A stretch of DNA of 50,469 nt. Origin: an uncultured delta proteobacterium (GTDB taxonomy: Bacteria; Desulfobacterota; RBG-13-43-22). The number at the start of each line of letters is the position of its first letter. The stretch's first letter is position 1. The position numbers and the translations under genes are program-made. Below are positions 18,581-27,601 of the stretch, piece by piece. The notes under the pieces were generated by a model, which was not told the origin of the DNA, did no database searches, and worked only from the letters and a program-made list of their open reading frames with translations. The stretch spans positions 1 through 50,469 of the forward strand of contig CAVUPH010000005.1 in the NCBI GenBank assembly GCA_963743305.1, in the 5' to 3' direction.

Positions 18581-20003
18581 TAGTATAAAAGGTAACGGCC
18601 AGAGGCGACTGCCCGGGCAGGCAGTGGGTGGCGCAGGCCAGACAGGGATCATAGGCCCGGTAAACCATTTCAATCTGGTTGAGTAAATCCTCCGAGGCCC
18701 GTCCTTTGTGAATCAATCCCTTAGCCGCCTTTTCAATGGCTAAGCACAAAGCCGCCATGCTGTTCTGGGTGGCGACCAGCAGCTTCATCTCTTGTACCAC
18801 CCCGCGCTCATCGGTCCGATAGTGATGGATCAAGGTGCCTCGCGAGGCCTCGCAGACCCCAATGCCTTCACGGGGAACGGCCGAGGGGATTCTTCGGACC
18901 TCCGGGTTGGTGAGTTCCGGATCGGCCGCCAGCTCCTGCATCCGCTCGGCGGCATAGAGGGTTTCGATCAATCGGGCCCAATGGTAGGCCAAAGTATGGT
19001 GGACCGGCCGGGCTCCAAAACGCGAGATCATCCGTGCATACTCGGCTTGGGCCTCCGGGGTGGCCATGCCCCGGGAGGCGTTTAAGCGGCCCAGAGGCCC
19101 CGCTCGATAGATCCCGTTGGCCTTTCCTTCAAACCAGCCTTTCCAGCCGATGGCCTTCAGATACGGTATCCGACTGTACGTCCAGGGTTCAGTCCTTTCT
19201 CCCAGGTGCCGCGAATAATCCCCTGGTTGAAAACAAGCGAGTTCTTCTCCTCCCGGGTCCACCACGCGGAGCCGGCCGTCATAGAAATTGACCCGTTGGT
19301 CCTGATCGACCAGACCCAGGTAATAGGTGGACTGAATAAAAATGGGGTCCAGAAATTTGGCCCAAATTTTTTTATTTTCCAGCGTCTGATGAAACAACGT
19401 CAGGCTTTCTCTGGCCAGGTCCAGGGCCAGGGGGGCCACCCGGATCGCTTCGGCCCGATCTTCCTGGTCCAGGCTTTTGGAAACTCCCCCCGGAAGGCCC
19501 ACGACCGGGTAGAGGGGACCGCCGCTCAACCGGGTTTGAAGGCCCCGGACTTCTTTTCTCACTTGAATAACCTTTTCCCCCAAAGACCGGCCGACCCGTT
19601 TCATGACGCCCAGGAAGTTCCTTTCAGCGACGGGGGTCTCCTCACCCAGAAGCAGGTCGCATCCGCCCAGGAAGTAGAAATGGAGCAGATGGTCTTCAAA
19701 AATAAAGGCATTGAGAATCAACTCCCGAATTTTACGGGCCGCCGGCGGCGGAGCCACCTGAAACAAATCGTCCAGGGCCTTACTGGAGGCCAAGTGATGG
19801 GCGGTGGGGCAAACCCCACAGATTTTCTGGGTCAGCACCGGCAGCTCTTCGGCGGCCCGGCCTTCGCAAAATTTCTCGAAACCCCGCAAATCCGTGCTCT
19901 GAAAATAGGCCCGCTCGACCTCCCCCTGGTCATCCAGAAAAATGGAAATTTTTCCCTGACCTTCCAGGCGGGTCAAGGGGTCGATGTCGATGCGTTTACC
20001 CAT
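18516..20003 (-). CDS. mvhA: [NiFe] hydrogenase group 3c large subunit (MvhA-like)
   Basis: TRLEG, KICGVCP..HH (L1), EASRGTLIHHY and RAYDPCLACATH (L2). Confidence 0.92.
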   Translation of the reverse strand: MGKRIDIDPLTRLEGQGKISIFLDDQGEVERAYFQSTDLRGFEKFCEGRAAEELPVLTQKICGVCPTAHHLASSKALDDLFQVAPPPAARKIRELILNAFIFEDHLLHFYFLGGCDLLLGEETPVAERNFLGVMKRVGRSLGEKVIQVRKEVRGLQTRLSGGPLYPVVGLPGGVSKSLDQEDRAEAIRVAPLALDLARESLTLFHQTLENKKIWAKFLDPIFIQSTYYLGLVDQDQRVNFYDGRLRVVDPGGEELACFQPGDYSRHLGERTEPWTYSRIPYLKAIGWKGWFEGKANGIYRAGPLGRLNASRGMATPEAQAEYARMISRFGARPVHHTLAYHWARLIETLYAAERMQELAADPELTNPEVRRIPSAVPREGIGVCEASRGTLIHHYRTDERGVVQEMKLLVATQNSMAALCLAIEKAAKGLIHKGRASEDLLNQIEMVYRAYDPCLACATHCLPGQSPLAVTFYTIPSPPGRAPAKHENPPQPPFS

Positions 20004-20953
20004 GAAGTTTTTCTTTTACCTTGCGGGGTATCAGCGCGGCCGAGAGCGAATACTGATAAGCCAGACCCACCGGGTCAATCCAGCCTTCCCTGAACTTCCG
20101 GAGAGCCTCTTCATCCGCGGCCTCACTCAAGGAAGCTAAAAAGGAAACCACCTTGGCCCCCGGGTCTTTCACCAATTCCAGAGGACCGAAACAGCCCCGG
20201 CAGGGCATGTTGGCGTTGAGGCAGCGGCCGGCACACCCCCCTCGGGTGGCCGGGCCCAGGCAAATGAGGCCTTCGGCCAGGAAACAGCGGGACGGGTCCC
20301 AGATCTTTTGATGCAGACGGCCAAATTCATTCCAGGAAATCTTCTGCGGCCGGCTTTCCTTCCGGGCGCAATAATGGCACAGGGCCTTGGGTTCGCCGAA
20401 AACCCAACCCGGGGGGGGAAGCCGGTTCTCCAGGATGGCGGCCAAGACCTGGCGGTTCCAATCCGGGGTGGGCGGGCAGCCAGGAAGGTAATAATCCACC
20501 GGAATCACCTGGTCTAAGGTTTTGACCCTGGAAGTTAGGCCCGGCAGAGCGGGTTCTCGATTCGGTCGAACTTTTTCCGAGACCGACCCCGAAGGTCTTT
20601 CCTGTTCACGGCCAGCCAAGATCTCCTCCGGGCCAAACAAATTCGCTAATCCCACAACGCCCCCTAAATGGGCGCAGGTTCCGTGGGCCACGATGAATTG
20701 CGATTTCCGGCGCAACAGCCGAACGGTTTCCTCGTGTTCATCCAGGCGAATGGCCCCATTTATCCAGGAGGCTAAAAGGGCGCCATCCGCTCAGGCGCTC
20801 CAAGCGCTCTTTTTTATAATCCAAGGCAATCGGCCAGTAAATGATTTCCGCCTCCCGGGACAAGGACAGCAGGTCAAGCCCCAGGTCTAAAAGCGATTCT
20901 TCGCAACCGCCGCAACTGGAGGTCCAGGTGAAAGCGATCTTGGGTTTTTCCAT
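19996..20953 (-). CDS. mvhG: [NiFe] hydrogenase small subunit (MvhG-like), frameshift ~20785
   Basis: SSCGGCEES in the first frame; GTCAHLGG, LPGCPP, CHYC, CFL..G..CLGP and C...NMPCRGCFG in the second. Confidence 0.9.
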
Positions 20954-20954
20954 G

Positions 20955-21368
20955 CTAGCCATCCATTTCCAACGGTCCGGCCTTCTGGATTTCTTCGGCC
21001 CATCGGGAGACAACCGTCGCGAATTTTTCGCCCTCCTGGGCGCTGATATTGGTTACTCTCAAACGGAGGTCAGCAAAACCCAATTGCCGCATCAGGGGTT
21101 TCAAAAGTTCGGTCATCCGGATCATCTGAGCGTTTCCTTTCTGGAAATGGCAATGGCCCGGGGGACAACCGGCGATCAGCACCCCCTGAGCTCCCTGGCG
21201 GAAGGCCAACAGGACCCAGGCCGGGTCCATCCGGCCACTGCAAGGGAGACGGACGGCCTTAAAAAAGGGGGGAATCGTTTTACCCGCCCGGCCGGCGGCA
21301 TCCGCCCCGGCATAGGCGCACCACTCGCATAAGAATCCAATCAACCGGGGCTCGAAACGTTCTCTCAA
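20955..21368 (-). CDS. mvhD: MvhD/FlxD [2Fe-2S] subunit
   Basis: FLCEWCAYAGAD, RLPCSGR and GCPPGHCHF..GN. Confidence 0.92.
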   Translation of the reverse strand: MRERFEPRLIGFLCEWCAYAGADAAGRAGKTIPPFFKAVRLPCSGRMDPAWVLLAFRQGAQGVLIAGCPPGHCHFQKGNAQMIRMTELLKPLMRQLGFADLRLRVTNISAQEGEKFATVVSRWAEEIQKAGPLEMDG

Positions 21369-23320
21369 CGCAGCAACCCTTTCACTTCCGCCTCTACCTG
21401 ATCCTCCTGAAAATGACGGGCCTCAATGGCCGCACTGGGACAGGCGGCGGCGCACAGGCCGCAGCCCCGGCACAAGGCCTCCCGGATCCGGGCCGCTCCT
21501 TCCCCCGGCCCAATTTCAATGGCCTGGTAAGGGCAGAGGTCAAGACAGAGGTTGCATCCCGAACAGTATTCTTCCCGAATGAAGGCCGTGGCTGTTTCCA
21601 GAATCAGCTTTTCACCGGGAATCAGTCGAGACAAAATCCGCCCGGCCGCGGCCTGGCCGTCCAGAATCGACTCGGAGATAGTCTTCAGACCCCGGGCGCA
21701 TCCGGCCGCGAAGATCCCCTCCACGACCGTGTCCACCGGCCCCAAGCGCATTTCCTCGGTAATCAAAAACCCGTCTTTCCCCATGGGGATCTTCAGCCTT
21801 CCGGCCAGTTCCCGGGATCCTTTAGACCCCCCGGGGAGCCCCCGACGATGAGCAGGTCAAAATAATCCACCTGAACTTCCCTCCGGTCGTCCCGGTACTC
21901 CAGCCGTACCTGGTTTTCTTCTTCATCCCATTGGATCGCTGCGGGATCGTTCAAGCGGATGAAGGTCAGCTCGGGTTCCCCCGATAACCGTTGATAGCTC
22001 CGGTTAGCCTCCGGTCCCCATCCGGCCCGGTCCTCTAAATAAACCGTAACCCGGCTCTCGGGGATCTGGTCCCGGATCATCTGGGCAAATTTAAAGGAAA
22101 CCTCCAAAAAAACCGGGGGCGCGACGCTCGATAGACCTGGGGTTTTCAAGCCGGAGCCGGGAAGAATCCCGATCCTCTTTGGGACCTGATCGGGGGGAGT
22201 CAGGATTCTTCCCGCGGTCGGTCCGTTGCTGTTCAACATCTCTTCCATCTCCAGGGCGAAAAGGATTCGTCTTCTGTCAGTTCCCCGGTTTGACCTTAGA
22301 GACTGTCCATCGCTCAAGTCGAAACCGGTGGCCAGAACAATCGCCCCCACTTTTATTTCCAGCGTCCCGTCTTCTTCTCCCAAGTCAATGGCGCCAAAGG
22401 GGCAGGCCTCCAGGCAAGCCCGGCAGGGGTCCCCTCTGAAAATGCCGACAATGGGTCCGGTCGATGACCGCCACATTGGGCAATGGGCCGGGCAGGGGCA
22501 GGCTAACGGCCTTCATCCCGGAGCATCCCCACAGAGGCGTCTGTTTTATTTCTACCGGACAGGCTTCCAGACAGGTCCCGCAGCCCAGACATTTTTCCAA
22601 CTCGACCCCTCGGGCCCGGCGTTGCACGGAGACCTCGAAATTTCCCCAAAAACCCCTGACCTGCCGTACCTGGCTCAACAGGTGGACTTCAATCCGTTCC
22701 TGATGCATAACCGCATCCAGCAGCGGACTCAGCAGGCAGGATCCGCATTCCATCTGAGGAAATATTTTTTCGTATAAAACAGCTTTGCCCCCCACAAAAG
22801 GGGATTGTTCGACCAGATGAATCCGCCGTCCTTTCTGGGCCAGGTTCAGGGCGGCGGTTATCCCAGCGACACCGGCGCCGACCACCAGGACATCCGGGTT
22901 CATAGCGATCTCTAGGGACTGGATCGGCTGATGGAGTCGAACTCTTTCCACAGCCGCCCGAATGAGCGAACGGGCCTTTTCCGCGGCCTCCGACGGTTCG
23001 TCGGTCACCCAGGCGCACTGTTCCCGGAGATTGGCCATCTGCAGTTGATAGGGATTAAGGCCGGCCTTTTCGAGGACACCTCGGAAGGTTAACTCATGCT
23101 CCCGAGGCGAACAGCCGCCCACCACGACCTTGTCCAGTGCGAATTCTCGAATTTCCCGAGAGAGGAAGGCTTGCCCCTCGGTCGAGCAGAGTAAGGCATG
23201 GGTCCGGACCTCCGCCACTTCCGGCAGTTCCTGGGCAAATGCCGCCAGGTCCGTCACCGATATTTTTTCCCCGATGTTCGGCCCGCAGCTACAGATGAAA
23301 ACGCCTACTCTGTCCGCCAT
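21365..23320 (-). CDS. hdrA: Heterodisulfide reductase subunit A-like flavoprotein (two frameshifts, ~22435 and ~21830)
   Basis: FICSCG, GCSPREH, ANLREQC, GAGVAG FAD motif, inserted and C-terminal ferredoxin motifs, GAIVLATG and GPTAG, spread over three track ORFs. Confidence 0.9.
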
Positions 23321-23362
23321 GGTATTATTTTCGGAATATTATAAAATTTCTTTAAATCCAAA

Positions 23363-23391
23363 CGGTTGAATTGAAACTTATCCTTCAACCG
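23363..23391. promoter_or_regulatory. Inverted repeat CGGTTGAA-N13-TTCAACCG upstream of hdrA (candidate operator)
   Basis: Perfect 8-bp arms in the AT-rich divergent promoter region. Confidence 0.4.
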
Positions 23392-23584
23392 ATTCGATTT
23401 ATGGGATTATGATTTGGGAAATAAGAATTGTCAATCTTGTTTAGCCCGGTGGATGGTGGGTTGGCTTCACATCATCCACCCCAGATAGCTTCCAAGCTGA
23501 GCGGTCGATAAGGAATGCTTCCCCCGGATCAGGTCCGGGGGTGCAATGAACGGGGTGGGGCAATTTTCGAACGAATGTTTAAAT

Positions 23585-23613
23585 TTGACCGGCCTTCTCT
23601 TGTCAGGTATGAT
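23585..23613 (+). promoter_or_regulatory. Sigma-70 promoter TTGACC-N17-TATGAT
   Basis: Near-consensus hexamers with a 17-nt spacer, 24 nt before ATG 23638. Confidence 0.7.
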
Positions 23614-23637
23614 TAAGTTATAAGGAATCTTTAGTCT

Positions 23638-25725
23638 ATGGCTCTTTCTCCATTTTCACAAACCATCAATACCTATTGCGCCCGTATGGATCACGGGGGC
23701 TGTGGTCTGCGGGTTACCGCCGAAAACGGGAAAATCACCCGTATCCAAGGCGACCCGCAGTCGCCTATCAGCCGCGGCTATATCTGTCCCAAAGGCCTGG
23801 CCGGGGCCGCGCGGAACACCCATCCCGACCGGCTGACCACGCCGCTGATCCGGGAAGGCGATCGAGGCGCAGGCCGTTGGAAAAGCGTATCCTGGGCCGA
23901 AGCCCTGGAGTATATCGCCGGTCATTTGAATAAAATCCGCGAAGACTACGGCCCCCAAGCCGTGGTCTTCGCCCAGGGGGCGCCTAAAGGGCTGGAACAT
24001 TTTGTCCTGATCCGCCTGGCCAACGTCTTCGGTTCCCCCAACGTCTGCGGCCCCCAGAACGTCTGCCACCTGCCCCGGGAACTGGCCGGAGTCATGACCG
24101 CCGGTTTTTTCCCGGTCCCGGACTATGATTCCCCCACGAGTCTAATCCTCAACTGGGGCAGCAACCTGCTGAAATCCAACGAGGAAGGCATCATTGCCTC
24201 CCGCCTGGTAGGTTCGCTGAAACGCGGGGCGGACCTGATCGTCATCGACCCCCGGCGCACACATCTGGCCGAAATCGCCCAGAGTCACCTGCAGCTCCGT
24301 CCCGGAAGCGACGGGATTCTGGCCCTGGGTCTGCTGCGGGTTATCCTGCGGGAAGGTCTTTATGACCGGGAGTTCGTGGACCAATGGACCGTTGGTTTCG
24401 AGGAACTGAAGCAGCAGGTGGAACCCTATACGCCCGAACGGGTGGCCGAGCTGTCCTGGCTGGAACCCCAGGAGATCATCCACACCGCCTGGACGTACGC
24501 CACCTCCAAACCGGCCTTGATTCAATGGGGAAACGCTCTCGAACATACGGAGAACAGCTTTCAGACCTGCCGGGCACTTCTTTGCCTCATGGCCGTGACC
24601 GGGAATCTGGACGTGCCGGGAGGGAATATCCTTCCGGAAATGCCCCCGGTGGCTCGCCTGGCTGATTTCGTCAAGGCCTCGCTCCTGCCGGATAAGGTTC
24701 AAAAAATGATCAGCCGGCACTATAAGCTGGCCCCTAATTTCATGATCGTTCCCCCTCCTCTGGTCGTGCAAGCCATTCGTCAGGCCAGGCCCTATCCGGT
24801 CCGGGCCATGTACGTCCAGGTGTCTAATCCCCTGCTGACCTACAGCCAGGCCCGGGAAACCCATGAAGCCCTAAAGGATCTGGATTTTCTGGTGGTGGCG
24901 GATATCTTTATGACCCCTACGGCCGCCCTGGCCGACGTGGTCCTCCCGGCCGCCACGGGTTTTGAATTTGACGACCTCGGCCACTATGGGCTGGCCCACG
25001 GGTGGATTTCGGCCAGGCCGAAGATCGTTGATCCTCCGGGAGAGGCTTGGCCGGACATCCGGATCTTAAGCGAACTGGGACGGGCCCTCGGCCACGGCGA
25101 ACATTTTTGGGAGGATTATCACCAGGCCCTCGAAGAGGTGCTGGCCCCATCCGGCCTGACTTATGAAAAATTCAGGGACCAGGGGCTCTTAAAAGGGAAT
25201 ATAAATTACTTTAACTATCTGGCCAAAGGCTTTAAAACTCCATCGAAAAAAGTGGAACTTTTTTCGGCTCAGCTTTCGAAATGGGATTTCGCCCCCCTGC
25301 CGACATTCGGGGATCCCCTTCCGCCCAGCCTGGAATATCCCCTGCTGGCCACCAGCAGGAAGAGCCCCTATTTCTTCCATTCCGCCTATCGTCAGATTGC
25401 CTCCTTGAGAAAAAAACACCCGGACCCGGTGATCGAAATTCATCCCCTGGCGGCCCGGATTCTCGGCCTTCAGGAGGGCGAATGGGCGGCCATAGTGACT
25501 CCCCAGGGAAGAATCACCCAGAAGGTTCGCTTGACCGAGGCAATCGATCCCCGGGTAGTCTATGTCGATTACGGCTGGTGGTTTCCGGAGGCCGGCCCGG
25601 ATCGGCTTTTTGATTGGGACCGATCCAATATCAATATCCTCACCGCTAACCAGCCCTTGGGCCGGGAAATGGGAACCCCCTGCCTCCGCGCCTTTCCCTG
25701 CCGAGTGGAGAAGATAGTCTCCTAG
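23638..25725 (+). CDS. Mo/W-bis-PGD oxidoreductase, acetylene-hydratase-like clade, cytoplasmic
   Basis: CARMDHGGC...ICPKG Fe-S motif, RLTTPL, VIDPRRT, GNLDVPGG, TPTAALADVVLPA and a C-terminal molybdopterin dinucleotide-binding domain; no Tat signal. Confidence 0.9.
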   Translation: MALSPFSQTINTYCARMDHGGCGLRVTAENGKITRIQGDPQSPISRGYICPKGLAGAARNTHPDRLTTPLIREGDRGAGRWKSVSWAEALEYIAGHLNKIREDYGPQAVVFAQGAPKGLEHFVLIRLANVFGSPNVCGPQNVCHLPRELAGVMTAGFFPVPDYDSPTSLILNWGSNLLKSNEEGIIASRLVGSLKRGADLIVIDPRRTHLAEIAQSHLQLRPGSDGILALGLLRVILREGLYDREFVDQWTVGFEELKQQVEPYTPERVAELSWLEPQEIIHTAWTYATSKPALIQWGNALEHTENSFQTCRALLCLMAVTGNLDVPGGNILPEMPPVARLADFVKASLLPDKVQKMISRHYKLAPNFMIVPPPLVVQAIRQARPYPVRAMYVQVSNPLLTYSQARETHEALKDLDFLVVADIFMTPTAALADVVLPAATGFEFDDLGHYGLAHGWISARPKIVDPPGEAWPDIRILSELGRALGHGEHFWEDYHQALEEVLAPSGLTYEKFRDQGLLKGNINYFNYLAKGFKTPSKKVELFSAQLSKWDFAPLPTFGDPLPPSLEYPLLATSRKSPYFFHSAYRQIASLRKKHPDPVIEIHPLAARILGLQEGEWAAIVTPQGRITQKVRLTEAIDPRVVYVDYGWWFPEAGPDRLFDWDRSNINILTANQPLGREMGTPCLRAFPCRVEKIVS

Positions 25726-25785
25726 GGTCTTTTGGTTTATACGCCAAGGAACTCCGCTTACCCGGTCAGGGGTCCTTTGATCCGG

Positions 25786-27573
25786 CTACCCGCTGAAAAA
25801 GGTGTAGCGGTTTTTCCCTTCCCGCTTGGAGCGATAAAGGGTCCGGTCGGCATTGCGAATTAATTCTTCCATGGTCGTACCCTGGTAGGGAAAAAAGGCG
25901 ACCCCGAAACTCAAGGTCAGCGTCTCGTGTTGAAGGAGGATTTCTTCCCTGTTCCGGTATGCGGCCACGGCCTTTTGAATGCGCTCGATGATCTGCACCG
26001 TTTCGTTTTGATCGGTATAGGGCAGGATAACTACGAATTCGTCTCCCCCGTAACGGGCCGACAGATCGATTTCCCGAATGTTTTTCTTTATCAATTGGGC
26101 CAGCGCTTTGATAATCAAATCCCCGGCTAGATGCCCGAAGCGATCATTGATATTCTTGAAATCGTCAATGTCGATGATCATCAGGCCGAGAGGATAGCGT
26201 TGCCGTTCCGCCCGTTTAATTTCCATTTCCAGGAATTTCTTGAAGTAGGTCTGATTATGCAGGCCGGTCAATCCATCGTAGATAGCGGAATTGAGCGCCC
26301 GCTCAAAATTATCCCGGAGTTGGTCTATATAGTGCTTTTTTTTGACCAGGACCTTAACCCGGGCTTTCAATTCCCGTCCGTTAATGGGTTTAATCAGGTA
26401 ATCATCGGCCCCCTGTTCTACCCCCTTGATTTTGTTTTCCAGGTCAGGCAGGCAGGTGAGCAAGACGACCTGGAGGTCCTGAGTTTGATGCAGGCCCTTG
26501 ATCCGTTGGCAGACTTCAAATCCGTCCACCCCGGGCAACAGGACGTCCAGCAAAACCAGATCAAAGTCCTCCTGTTGAATTCGATCCAGGGCCGCCTCAC
26601 CGGTATTCACGGTTTCCAGTTCATAGGGCTCCGTGGCGAAATACTCCTGGATCATGCGGGCATCCTTATCATCATCTTCGACAATTAATATCTTCACCGG
26701 AGGGTGAACCCATTCCGCGAGGTGCGGGGTATTCTGATCGCTGGAAAAACCTTTTTCGGAGAGCGTTCGGGAACGTAGTTGCTCCCGGAAATATTTCAAC
26801 CGCAAGAGCGAGTTGATCCGGGCCAGCAGTTCAATGGTGTTCACCGGCTTGTTCAGGAATTCATCGGCCCCGGCTTCAAACCCCTTGATCTTATCGTCCG
26901 TCCCGTCCAGGGCGGTAACCAGGATGATGGGGATATCCTGAGTGGCCGGATTGGTCTTCAGCCAGTGACTGACCTCGTACCCGTTCATCTCCGGCATCAT
27001 GATGTCCAGCAGGATCAGGTCCGGGGGGTCTTTTAAGGTCATCCTCAGGGCATCCTGACCGCTGAAGGCCGCTGTGGTTTCGAATTGGTCCGGCGGCAGC
27101 TTGGAGGCCAACAACTTCACATTCAAGGGGTCGTCATCGACAATCAAAATGTGCCTTCTCAGACTGAACAAATCTCTTTCGGGCTGGACCTCCGGGCTAG
27201 GGGCGTGATTCAGGTACTCCCTGACCGACTCCATAAAAGTCCGGGTGTTGATCGGTTTGGTGATATACCCGCAACAACCGGCCTCCTGGGCCTGATCTCA
27301 TCTCCGGGCATGGCGTATGAGGTGAGGGCCACCACCGGAATATTCCGAGTCTCCTGGTTTAACTTTATCTCCCGGGTGGCCTCCAGCCCGTCGGATCCCC
27401 GGAAGCTGAATATCCATTAGAATTAAATCGGGCTGGTGGAGGGAGGCCATTTGGATCCCCTTCTCGGCATCTTCCGCTTCCAAGACTCGATATCCGCCCA
27501 AGGATAGTAAACTGCGAACCAATTTCAGGTTCAAGGCGTTGTCCTCTATCACTAAAATCGTTGTTTCTTTCAT
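25786..27573 (-). CDS. REC-REC-REC-GGDEF diguanylate cyclase (DivK-like receiver fused to PleD-like protein; compensating indels ~27393 and ~27293)
   Basis: The 27573 and 27234 ORFs share a frame. The intervening DNA reads IDGLEAT...IPVVALTSYAMPGDE then AQEAGCCGYITKPINTRTFMESVREYL, running straight into the PleD part. RYGGDEF active site and REID I-site. Confidence 0.85.
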
Positions 27574-27601
27574 TGATTCACCCTTCCATCCGGAGAATTC
27601 T

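Noticed and set aside
18516-23320. Selenocysteine recoding in hdrA/mvh genes
   Set aside because: The usual Sec positions are Cys codons; the breaks are frame changes, not in-frame TGA.
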